From Minutocellus sp. GHC0000111 (Eukaryota), in contig OZ361257.1 in assembly GCA_977018835.1 (NCBI GenBank), forward strand, positions 4,464,001 through 4,528,000: a stretch of 64,000 nt of DNA. The letters are read 5' to 3'. The position numbers were made by a program, and so were the translations under genes. Every line of letters starts with the position of its first letter. Position 1 is the stretch's first letter. The notes beneath the pieces were generated by a model. It did not search any database. It saw only the letters and a list, made by a program, of their open reading frames with translations, and had not been told where the DNA came from. Positions 21,463-32,139 of this stretch are shown here, one piece after another.

Positions 21463-23304
21463 ATGGGCAAAAGCGGCAAGAACAAGAAGAGGCGAGTCGA
21501 TGCTACCGCCGCTTCGCCCGCGGTTGAAACTGCCATCGGGGACCTGTGCAACGTATCTGGTCTGGGTGGCGGAGGCGAAGATGTGGATGACCTGTTCGCC
21601 TGTATGAACGAGATGGACGACGAGGTCGAGGCGGGTGGTGGCGAGGGTTCTGATGATGACGCTTCCAAACCAAAATTGAAAACATACTCCATGGATGAGA
21701 TATCACTCATTCCGATGCGTGTGGAGCTGCTCCGTCACAAGTTGATGGGCGAGTTATCGTCGTACCTGCTTGATCAGGTCAAGGGATTGCGCATGCCCAC
21801 TTTCGAACGCTGGCTGATCGATGCCAAGTTGGAGGAGCGGGAGAAGCGCAAAGCTGGCTCCAGCAAGTTGCCTCCGTTTGATCCTGTGATACCCTCGGCT
21901 GCCGAGATGGTTGATGGTTCCACGCAAAGGTTGATGAGGGAGATATGTGACTTTCTTTCATCTTCTTCATCCAAATATGGTGAGGAAGATGAGGAAGAAC
22001 AGGCTGAGAAGATAAGTGTTGAGCTGTGCCGACGATCGGCAGAGGCTGCCATGGAAGTGCATCGGATGGAGATGCGATTCAGTACTACTGGGACTACATC
22101 GTCCTTTGCTACCAAGGGGAGAGGTGGGAAGCGTGGCAAAAAGAAAAAGAAGGGGAAACCCAATAAAGAACGAATCAACTTGGAGAAGGGGGAGGAAGGG
22201 ACATATGCGCTGGTCTATGAACGCAGGTTAGCCAAAGATAAGAAGAAAGCCAAGCGTCATATCGAGGAAGATGACACTGACGACTCGGAAGATGATAATG
22301 GCGACAAGAATGAAAGAGCAACCAAAAGCAGCAGTGGAAGCAAGTCGTTCGTGGTAAAGATCAACTCGTCTCACTACAACAAGCTCCGATCAATGTTTGA
22401 TGCGGTTCATCCAGTCCAAAATCCATCTACCATCCACACATTTCATCATCTGGTCTTTGCGTTGCTACTGCGATACTCATCTCTTGCTGGCGGCCATCTG
22501 CTCAATGCTTTACGTGGTGGAGGTATGCAGGGCTCGATCGATAAGAAGGCGTTTGCGTTTCTTGGCGAGGTTTGTTCAGAAATCGGCCACACGCTCGCTG
22601 GAGAATGCTTTGCATCGTCATTGAATGCTAATCTCGGAGTTGGCATGTATCGATCCGGTTTCTTCCGGGACATCGAAAAGCACTTTGGCAGCATCGGTAA
22701 TTTCTTTCAGTGGAAAAGCAGCGCTATCGGCAAAAACAACAACCTGTGGTACGAAGCGAATCCACCTTTTGCTCCCGGTCTCATGCGAGAGATGGTGGTC
22801 AAATTGATCAAGCACTTGGATGCCGCCGATGAAAAGAAGAGGGCTCTGTCTTTCGTAATCATTGTTCCGGCTTGTGATGACGCCGACGCTGCTGGTGGAG
22901 ATGTTCCGGTAGCACGTCAATTCGCTGCCGCAAGTTTCAATGCTATGCTACAGTCGGAATATCAATCGCATCACATCTTATTGAGTTCTGGAGACCACGG
23001 ATATGTCGAGGGAGCCCAACATTTGCGCCCGACCCGGTTCAAAACGTCCATGTATGATACAAGCGTGGTTTTGCTGCAAAGCAAACAGGCGCGCAGAGAC
23101 ATGAAGAAGTTGGGAGGAAACTGGAGGAGCCGATTTGAAAAAGGGATCAGGGCGGCATTTCACAGTGGACACGAAAGCGAGATATTGGATCGTAAGCGGA
23201 GAAAGATGGGTGATAAAAGTGATGGCGAGGGAAGACAAGAGGAGAAGGGCGCAGATGAAAGAACGAAGAAAAAGAAAACGAAAAAGAAAGCTCGAATAGT
23301 CTGA
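21463..23304 (+). CDS. PCIF1: PCIF1/CAPAM-like cap-specific adenosine N6-methyltransferase (copy A)
   Basis: LLLRY, GMQG, ECFASSLN, FGSIG.FF, catalytic motif EANPPF, LSFVIIVP, HGYVEGAQH. Confidence 0.85.
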   Translation: MGKSGKNKKRRVDATAASPAVETAIGDLCNVSGLGGGGEDVDDLFACMNEMDDEVEAGGGEGSDDDASKPKLKTYSMDEISLIPMRVELLRHKLMGELSSYLLDQVKGLRMPTFERWLIDAKLEEREKRKAGSSKLPPFDPVIPSAAEMVDGSTQRLMREICDFLSSSSSKYGEEDEEEQAEKISVELCRRSAEAAMEVHRMEMRFSTTGTTSSFATKGRGGKRGKKKKKGKPNKERINLEKGEEGTYALVYERRLAKDKKKAKRHIEEDDTDDSEDDNGDKNERATKSSSGSKSFVVKINSSHYNKLRSMFDAVHPVQNPSTIHTFHHLVFALLLRYSSLAGGHLLNALRGGGMQGSIDKKAFAFLGEVCSEIGHTLAGECFASSLNANLGVGMYRSGFFRDIEKHFGSIGNFFQWKSSAIGKNNNLWYEANPPFAPGLMREMVVKLIKHLDAADEKKRALSFVIIVPACDDADAAGGDVPVARQFAAASFNAMLQSEYQSHHILLSSGDHGYVEGAQHLRPTRFKTSMYDTSVVLLQSKQARRDMKKLGGNWRSRFEKGIRAAFHSGHESEILDRKRRKMGDKSDGEGRQEEKGADERTKKKKTKKKARIV

Positions 23305-23338
23305 TCTTAAACTCTGGTGGTAGTGTTGGCATGTTAAT

Positions 23339-24606
23339 TTAGTATTCTTCATCACTACTACTATCTATAAGAATGTACTCCAATCCATCACTTTCATCTA
23401 CGTCACTTCTAATCTCCTCGTCGTTTATAACTGGTATTTCATCACACTGCACCGGAAAGCCGCGCTCGGCAAGTCTTTCAGCGGTTGACCTCTTCCATAC
23501 ATAATAACAGTCGTGTGAACCATTTCCAATGCCAATAACGTCAGAAAATTCAGCCCGAAAATATCCCCGAGATACCCTCTTAGGATCAAAACCAATCGCG
23601 ATAAAATCATCAAGCACTTTGTAAAAAGATGAGTGCATGCACACTACTTCCAAGCGCATCTTTCCTTGCTCTTCTAGCTTCCGCCTAAATGCAGGCGACG
23701 GATCGGTAACAACCAATCGATTGAATGTAATTCGAAGCCAATCGCAAAGAAACGTTTCAGACGTTTCAAGAATTTTTCCTCGGGCACCTGCGCGTTGTGA
23801 TATGAGTTTTAAAAACTGGATCGGCTTCATGCACGAAAAGCCTCCGACGCTGATGCTGTGCGTCGCGTTTGCTTCCATGACATCTGCCCTCAAAAGTGTA
23901 GCAATAGGAAAGGTTTCACAGATATCTTTGCACAGAGAACACGGACTTGGCCCCGGCGCGCTATTACGATTCCTAGGGCCACAAGGCAGACAATACCGAA
24001 GAGTTGACTCAAAGACTCCACCGACTTTGTTTACGTTGGAAAACAGACCAATTTTGAAGGCTCCGCATAAACTGGCAATAACACCCAACAAAAGTTTGTG
24101 ATCTTCATCTTTACTATCATTTCGTTCAAGCTCCTGATTGTAATGATGGCGTTGTCGAGTTCCTCTCCGTCCCTCTCGAGGCAAAAAGCCTCCAAGATAA
24201 AATTTCTCCAATTTCGGAAAGGAGGTAAGAAAGCCAACGGTCCGGCCCACAGCGTCGGATGAGAGTGAGTACAGTTCATATCCTTCGAAATTCATCTTTC
24301 CTGTTCCCACCAAGAGCCCTAAAACATTGACCTCTGATATGTTTGTGAATCGCCTTGTCGTCGGAACGTACATCTCACTGGCTCTCAATATGTTCAGAGT
24401 TCGCACGTACGCCACCGCCTCGACTGCAATGTGCTTTCCGACCAGAAGTGCCGAGCGGACTTCGGCGTCTGGCAAAAAGTCAAGGATGGCAAAAAGTCAA
24501 GGATACCGCCCCACACCGGGGGCGGCAAATGTGGCACATCGACGACGGATTCGTCGCTGATCTCGTCGACCTTGCGCTTCTTGGCGGTTGTTGGGGAGGA
24601 GCTCAT
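23339..24606 (-). pseudogene. Frameshifted hypothetical protein with F-box-like N-terminus (copy A)
   Basis: From ATG 24606 the protein reads LPPPVWGGILDFLP. A 17-bp tandem duplication at 24470-24503 shifts the frame; removing it joins the N-terminus to ORF 23339..24475 (DAEVRSALL). Confidence 0.75.
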
Positions 24607-24858
24607 CTTGCTGGTCTGCTCTGACTGCTCGATACGCAACGTCACTGAAAACACTTGTAGGGTCCTCCCCTTTCTCGCTCCGCGAAACCTTGTTTTCCGT
24701 TCAGCTCCAACTCCCACCATAAAGACCGAATTCCAACAATTGGCGCCGAGGACGCACCCGCCTTCCTGGGCAGACGAATCGTACGAAAGCCGCAACCCAT
24801 ACCGCTTGGACGACACCTCGATCTCACAATTCTGCAATCGGCACCATTCTGCAAAGGC

Positions 24859-25752
24859 ATGAAGCTACTTGCGCTATCCTTCGTCCTGGCGGTCGTCGTC
24901 GATGGCGCCACGGCTACCTCGTCTGTCCGCAAAAGAACAAATGTAGACGACGAAAAGGTAGAGGTGATGAATGGAGGCGACCGCGACTTTTCTGTTGAAG
25001 ATCTTGACGATGATGCCAGGGAGAAATTGCAGAGTGCACTGGTGCGCATATCTCAGCATGGCACGAAGAACCTCGTCCGGCACATCTCGTCCTCACTTCA
25101 CCGCGCGCCCTCGCAGGGTGCAGCAGCGACTGATGATGCCGATGCCGATGTAGAGGCGAGAAAGCTCATCAGCCAAGCTTGTATGGATCAAACAGATGAG
25201 CTGTATGATAATATCGATGCGGAGGTGACGGCACTGTTTGCACCGAATCAGCCCTGTGGACCATCGGTGACCCTCCTTCCCAGTATCACAGCTACAATCG
25301 ATCACGACAGTACCCAGGGATGTGTCGGGGAGGTCGTTACCACCTACGAGCAGGCTTGCGCAGCTAACAACGGCACGTCCATTCGAGTGGATCTCAAGGC
25401 AGACTGCAACGTGGTGGGCATTTTGCCCTTTGGACTGCCCGCGCCCGTCAAATTTATCGGAAATGATTTGCACGTGTGTATTTCTGATGGGTGTGCGGCC
25501 TCAGAGCTGGAGAATATCGATAATGCCGCCGCAACCGACCTCCTCAATACATTCAAGGGCGATATCAGTGATGGGTTCGGTCTGGAAGGGCTAGACTTGG
25601 CATGCGGGGTACAGAGCGTGGAGCCCATACAACTTCCAGAAGCTCAGACTGTCGTTGAAGAGAGCATGGTCTTGACGAACAGCACCACCAATACCACAGA
25701 GGTGGGGATGAATGTGACAAATTCAACCGAGATGTCAGACGACATGGCGTAA
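24859..25752 (+). CDS. Secreted acidic Cys-containing hypothetical protein (copy A)
   Basis: Signal peptide MKLLALSFVLAVVV, spaced Cys residues and several N-glycosylation sequons (NST/NTT/NVT). Confidence 0.8.
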   Translation: MKLLALSFVLAVVVDGATATSSVRKRTNVDDEKVEVMNGGDRDFSVEDLDDDAREKLQSALVRISQHGTKNLVRHISSSLHRAPSQGAAATDDADADVEARKLISQACMDQTDELYDNIDAEVTALFAPNQPCGPSVTLLPSITATIDHDSTQGCVGEVVTTYEQACAANNGTSIRVDLKADCNVVGILPFGLPAPVKFIGNDLHVCISDGCAASELENIDNAAATDLLNTFKGDISDGFGLEGLDLACGVQSVEPIQLPEAQTVVEESMVLTNSTTNTTEVGMNVTNSTEMSDDMA

Positions 25753-26155
25753 AGAAATAGAGCATAGCATTATCGTACTTGACATAGAGTATTTATCTAA
25801 AAGTATCTGATTATCTACTAATTTTTCACTGGATCTACTAATTATTCACTGGATCAAATGTAAAAACAAAGAAATGCAAGCCATTATTCTTGCTTTGCTC
25901 TTTGCAGAGCAGAAAGCCCTACGTCCTTATGGATCGTAGTAAAGAGGCACCGATTACATATGGTACACGTAAGAGGCGTCGTGGCATATTCATTATTCAT
26001 GTACAGGGGAAGGAAGCAACCATGCAGTGGATAGAATTACTAACCACACGAGTAGCGAAGGACGTCATTCGCTACTTTGCCACATGTACATACGTTTAGT
26101 GGGCGGGCACATCTCTACGAAGCTACGTAGAAGGACCGCATGTACGCATCAAACT

Positions 26156-26554
26156 CTAGCTACGTAGTTCGCGTCTCATCTCTAGTGTGAACAGTTTCTT
26201 CTTGATCTCGTCGTGACTTGTCAAGGATGGAGACGATCTTCTCATGGACAATCGTGGCGGTGCTGGTCCAGCACTCAACCGAGATAGGGATTGTGATGCG
26301 GACCCTAATGATGCGGACGTTGGCGAGGCGAGGACGAGCGGGAATCCATCGCTGGCGCCGCTGCGCGGTGCTAGTATTCTGTTTACGGATGGGGTGTCAA
26401 GACATGACGATTGCTCGGGAGCGAGGAAGGCAGACCGCCCGCAGCAGTCATTATTGTTGGCGACGGAGCGAGGAGACGAGGAATTCGATGAGGGGTTGTT
26501 GCCGTCGGTTGGTTGTACTGCGGTCGAAGCGGTAGGTTCGGTTTCAAAGAACAT
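26156..26554 (-). CDS. Small Ser-rich hypothetical protein (copy A)
   Basis: 132-aa ATG ORF with low-complexity composition. No recognisable domain. Confidence 0.45.
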   Translation of the reverse strand: MFFETEPTASTAVQPTDGNNPSSNSSSPRSVANNNDCCGRSAFLAPEQSSCLDTPSVNRILAPRSGASDGFPLVLASPTSASLGSASQSLSRLSAGPAPPRLSMRRSSPSLTSHDEIKKKLFTLEMRRELRS

Positions 26555-27341
26555 AGCGGGCGGTGGGATTGTGAAGTGGCTGATAGGCTATCTTGGATTG
26601 TGGATTCGTACGTGGTCTCGAAGAAATTCCAATGATGACTTGTGAGAATGAACGCTTTTGGTGTGGCGGAATCGAACTCGATCGAGGGCGGAAGGTTATG
26701 GCTAATGTTGTGTGAGCTTTGTTATCAGTCTATTGATGATGGCGCGCTGTGTCACTTTGCGGGTATTGATTCTGCTTCACTTTCACTTCCTCCGCTTTCA
26801 CTTTGCGGCTACTTTCCGTGCCAGGCTGGACATCCGCCTTGTCTTCGAAGAACGAGGATTGTGCCAGATGTTGGTCGTTCTCCGATCATGACTCGGACGT
26901 AAATATCAAAAATGCGGTCAAGATGCGGGCCAAGCGTGTTCTCCGAAAATGTCACATAGCCGCGTTGTCCAGCTCAAAGCTTCGAAGAGCCTCGTCGCGT
27001 CGGCACTTCGATTGGCATGCGGGGCGCACAGTCAGAACGGAGAACAGAAAAAACAACGGGATGTTGTGCCGCTTGCATGGATCGGCTTCTAGTGCCTCGA
27101 CCTCATTATACCTTGAAAAAAAAACACCGCCACGCCTGCAAGTCAAGCAGACAGCCAGCCAAGATGCCAAGATGCTCCCGCCCGGTCCCGGCGCCATCGC
27201 AAGCGCCGTGCCTTCCAACGAGCTCATGAGCTGTGGCCAGGTCATTTGCGCATTGAACACTGCCCCCTTCTTGCGCTGAATGACGCCCGCAGCAACAAGT
27301 CTGGCCTTTCATTGCACTACTTTGCGCGGCATCTTTGAAAA

Positions 27342-30300
27342 ATGAGCGAGAGAACCAACACCGACACATCATGTGCCGCCTCTTCCAAAACCGCTTCGCA
27401 TTCTTCGGCATCAGCACCAACTCCGCCACAGCAATCACAGCAACAACCAGCAACAGAGGAACCGCCAATTCTGTCACACCTCCTACTCCTTGATCCAATC
27501 CTGCAATTTCTCACACGTGCTACCGGCCAGTCGCTGATCTCTCTGGCGACGCTACGACGAACTCTGCCCAAGGACGGTCCGGCGGGTGACAAGGTTGGGA
27601 ATGCCATCCGATCGATCCCCGAGCTGGGCCGTAGAGGCATACTGCGGGTGGCGGTGCGGCAATGTCCGGCAGAGGGCGATGATGCGCCGCCTTGTCAGCC
27701 AAAGGACGAAGAAGATGACGAGGCGCTGCAAAACAATTGCATATTTGACGAAGATGAAGTTTATAGGCGGTACGACTTGGCACTTAACATCTCCGGCGAT
27801 GATCGACCCATGCAAACGAACGAGCCAGACCAGAACCAGCTGCTGGTAGGCTTCTTTCCCAAGCCGGGACATTTCAACGGAGAATTCATAGCGGCGGCGG
27901 CAGCTGCGGCTGCCAAGGGTTCCACCAAATCATCCGCCGATGGCAAAGGGCTGCACGGCGCTACCAAGACGGGCGCGAAGAAACGAATGGCGGCATTGCG
28001 GAAGAGTCTGAAGGCCGAGGAGAAGCAGAAGAAGAAGGAAAAACAAGCAGATAATACGACAATCAAGGCAAAGGCAAAGTCAAAGTCAGCAACAAAGAAG
28101 AGGCAAAGAAAAGCAGCAGGCGCCAATGCCACGGTGGAATCCAACGTTGAGCCGGGGAAAGCTTCGGCAGATGTAAGCAAAGATGATGTCAGCGAGGGCC
28201 ACGTTGTGGCCAATGATCCAGCTAACAGGCACAACGATAGTCCCGAGGCAAAGGACGCTCTCAATTGTTACCGAAATCTCATGGGGATCAAAGATACGAA
28301 GACGGGCGGTGATGGTAACAGCAAGGAACCGCTCATGCTGCCCGGTCAGACGGTATATGCCGGATGTAAGCCAGCTCGGGAGGTTCGATACGGCACTTTG
28401 TCGGAGGGAACTCGACAGCTCATCCCTTCGGCATTGGCCGAGGCCCTGGGACTTGATATCGATCCAGAAGACGCTCCTGTCCACGCACAAAGTCAAACGC
28501 GGAGGCGACTGTACTGTCACCAAGCCGCAGCGGTAGAATCCATCCTCAACGGCCACCATACCACCATTTGCACGGGCACTGGCTCGGGTAAAAGTCTCTG
28601 CTTCCTTCTGCCCGTGCTTTCAATGGTAATGAAGACCGACATTGATGCCGTCACCGCCTCGGCTTTTTCGTCTAGTAACGATGAAGTGGTTGGCGGGGCA
28701 GCGGCCATCATCATGTTTCCGACGAAAGCTCTCGCTCAGGACCAATACACAAAGCTTATGGGTTTGATCAATTCTCATCCATTGCTTGTGGATCACATCC
28801 GAGTTGGCGTCATTGATGGTGACACACCGCATTCCAGCAGAGCCGATATCGTCAAGCACAGCAACATTATCCTGACAAACCCCGATACCATTCATGCAGC
28901 GATACTGCCCAACTGGAAGAGGACATATGCACCATTTCTGGCCAAGGTCCGACATGTTGTCATCGATGAATCACACATGTACGAGGGGGCGTTCGGCGGG
29001 CACGTGTCGCTGGTATTGGCTAGACTTGTCCGGATTTGTGCAGCGGCCTTCTACAAGCGGTGCGATGATCTGACAGAGGAACAGAAGCCCATAACGTTCG
29101 TCGGTTGCTCCGCGACAATTGGCCGACCGGAGGAGCACTTTCGTTTGCTTTGTCCAATTGCAGAGGACGATGTTGTCAAGCTTCTGAGCCCGGAGGACGA
29201 CGGGTCTCCCTGTGATAGTAAATATTTCTTCACCCATACGCCAGCTCTGCTCGATACCTCTGGCAAGAGTACTGGTAAACTTGTCATTCCAGTTACGAAG
29301 AAGAAGAAGGAATCAAGCGATGATGCAACTTCCCATAACCAAGGTCGAAAACGCAGAGGATCATCGAATCGAGGGGCAGATTTGCGAAGAGCGCCCATGC
29401 ATAGAAGACATGCTGCTGATGAGACCGCTCGCTTGCTTGCCGCAGCGGTGAGGAATGGTATCAGATGCATAGCCTTCTGCAAGACGAGAGAAGTCTATGC
29501 GAGTGGGTGTACGAGCGGTGCATATCTGACCTTCGATCTACCGCTGCAGGTGGGAGTGACCTTTCTAAGAAGGTGGAATCATACCGGGGAGGATATTCCG
29601 CAGATGCAAGACGAAGCATTGAAAAAAGGCTCTTCAAGGAAGACCTACTCGCCGTCGTTGCTACTAGCGCACTCGAGCTGGGGGTCGATATCGGTGGTAT
29701 TGATTCGACCCTGCATTGTGGCTATCCTGGTTCTATCAGTTCGCTAATGCAGCAGGCGGGCAGAGCAGGGCGAGGCGGCAAACCTTCTGCATCGATCATG
29801 GTTTGCTTTTCGTCACCGAGCGAGCAACACTTCTGGCGATTCCCGAAAACGCTATTGACCAGTGGGCTCGATGCCCCACCGGCAGTTCCAGTGAATGCTG
29901 GCCTTCTTCAGAATCATTTGCTTTGTGCTGGCGAGGAATACTCACTCGTTGGGGAGAATTCTATTACTACTCTCCTCACAAGTGAGCGGCGGGAGCCCGT
30001 TCGAAGCCAGATTGTGGACCGGGATCTCTTTTCTGGTGCATTGTACGACGAATGCATCGAAAAGCTCTTGCAGGATCGTTTGATGACCGCTGGAAAGTCA
30101 CGGTGACGGATTCGGAAGGAAAAGATGAAATCATCACAACATTTTCTACTCATCCCTCAGTTGACAGACCGTACTCTCGAGTTTCTTTGCGATCAATCGA
30201 GCCAATAGCATACCAAATTGTTGATCTCAACCACAACCTACAAGGTGGTCGAACAGATACCATCAACGAGAATGCGGTACTTGATACGATCCCCTATTCA

Positions 30301-31411
30301 AGAGTCTTCTATCATGCCTTCCCTGGAGCTGTTATCATGCACCGAGGTCACCGCTACAAGGTCGAGGTGATGAATAACCCGCCCCCTTTTGCAGATTGTT
30401 CGATTGGCTATTGTCGTTCGTTGAAATTAGGTGCTTTTGCCAAGCAAACTAATGTAACTTATATGACCCAGGCCCTCGCCCTCACGCACATTACCGTTGT
30501 CAAGCAATTTGATCGAGTTGAGATCTTGCCCAAGGACGTCCAAAAGAGTGGAAAATCAAAAGAAGGCACTGACAATACCGATGATCTTTACACGCATCCC
30601 GAGCTCAATACAGGAGCAATCGCGGGTAACGGAGTCGTGACCGTCAAGAGGACTGTCCACGGATACAAACGTTTGAGCCCCGTCAATAGAGTTGAGATCT
30701 CTCGCCATGAGCTGAAAATGCCTTCAATGGAATACGATACAAATGCAATTTGGTTCGATTGCGAAGCCAGCCTTCTCGCCAGTGTCATGCCTGGTTTTGA
30801 TGAGGGCGTATCACGCCCTACTTGCCGTTGCGCCATTGTTTGTTCCCTGTACGAGTGCTGACGTTGATTGTGACCATAGCCGGCACGATGCTACAAGGAT
30901 AATGTTGTTTGACAATAGAACCGGCGGTGCTGGTATAACGTCGCGTCTGTGGCGGCATTTCTTCCGACCGGATGGAATACTTTCCTCAGCTATTGAGCTA
31001 TTGGAGCATTGCTCTACTTGCAGTGACGAGTCAGGTTTCAAGGGTGGATGCCCTGGCTGTATTCAGAGCGTTCCGTGCATAAATTTCCACGAAGATTTGT
31101 CTCGGCCTGCTGGTTTGCGCATCGCCCGCCGACTACTCAAGCGTGTACAACAGACTGCATTGTACAAGGAGAATGCCAAAGCATTGGAAAAGGAGAAAGA
31201 GGAAAATGCAAACGACGACGAGACCAATGACACCAATGCAAGGACTTCAAGTGGAGCTACACCTGATCGTCCGACAAATGAAGTTACCGAAGACACTCCT
31301 CGCCGTCTAGCAAGGAAGCGGGCTCTTGAATTTGCAAAGGATTTGGAGTCAGCCAAAAAGAGGAGTGTTGTGGTCGGCCGGCCGTCGTGGCCTGCTGATG
31401 AACGTAATTAA
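27342..31411 (+). pseudogene. HRQ1: Hrq1/RecQ4-like DEAH helicase with C-terminal DUF1998-type Zn-binding domain; three frameshifts
   Basis: TGTGSGKS, FPTKALAQDQ, TNPD, DESH, SAT, ATSALELGVDIG, QQAGRAGR, SLRSI, HALL and C-terminal C..C...GCP.C are spread over four ORFs. Frame breaks at ~29488, ~30095 and ~30810. Confidence 0.85.
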
Positions 31412-32139
31412 AGATGCGAATGTAGCGTTTATGTACAAAGTAGAAAATTATCGTGCACGTGGTTACTTATATAGATGTATTAGATCTGCTAGTACCGTAT
31501 ATATAGACAGAGCTGCATGTAGATCTATGTGTAGAAGAACAGCGTTTGGCGGCACCGAAAGTGCTTGCTACTAGCACCGGTAACTGGTACGCACCCCTTT
31601 TGCCCCTTTTTCTTTCTCCCCTAATCTTCTTGCCCCCCAATCTGTTTCCTATGACCTGTTCCCGCCTAAACACAACACAATGGCCCTGGCACGACAACGT
31701 CACATGTGACATCGGCCCCTGAATGGCCCCAGATGACGATGAACGATACTTTGAGCGGCGTTGGAGCGGGCAATCATTCGCAGGCGAGGCAGAAACACGA
31801 TCGATGCGTCGCGCGGAATTCTCCGGAAGCGGCAATGAAGCGCTGCTGCGCTGCGGTACTCTAGAAAGATGCGTATCAATTCATTCCGAGATGATTCAGA
31901 CTTCATTCGAGAAAGTTGCATATCGAGAAAGTTGCATAATACCATTTATCGCTCGAGAAAGAAGGGAAGAAGAATTGAAGCACATCCTTCTTCGCTGATT
32001 TGCAGTATTTATCTTCCTTGCTGCACCACTCAAGACAAGATCACCGAGCAATTATTTACATAGCTCGAGAAAGAAGAAATAAAACACGTCTCTTTCTTCG
32101 TGATTTGCAATATCTAGACACAATCATCGAACAGCAGCA

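Noticed and set aside
11546..23304. Possible functional cluster of RNA-modification and nuclear genes (fibrillarin, PPR, NTF2, PCIF1)
   Set aside because: They are interspersed with unrelated genes, target different compartments and share no visible regulatory motif. This looks like ordinary gene-dense eukaryotic order.
25802..25855. 20-bp tandem repeat (ATCTACTAATT.TTCACTGG), plus the degenerate repeats at 31907-32115
   Set aside because: Short local slippage duplications with no further structure.
29480..30815. Programmed frameshifting or tiny introns explaining the helicase breaks
   Set aside because: No slippery heptamers or suitable GT-AG pairs were seen at the three sites.
27342..31411. 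Helicase+DUF1998 as a bacterial DISARM DrmB/MrfA defence gene
   Set aside because: The same architecture is the standard eukaryotic Hrq1, and there are no partner genes or prokaryotic context.
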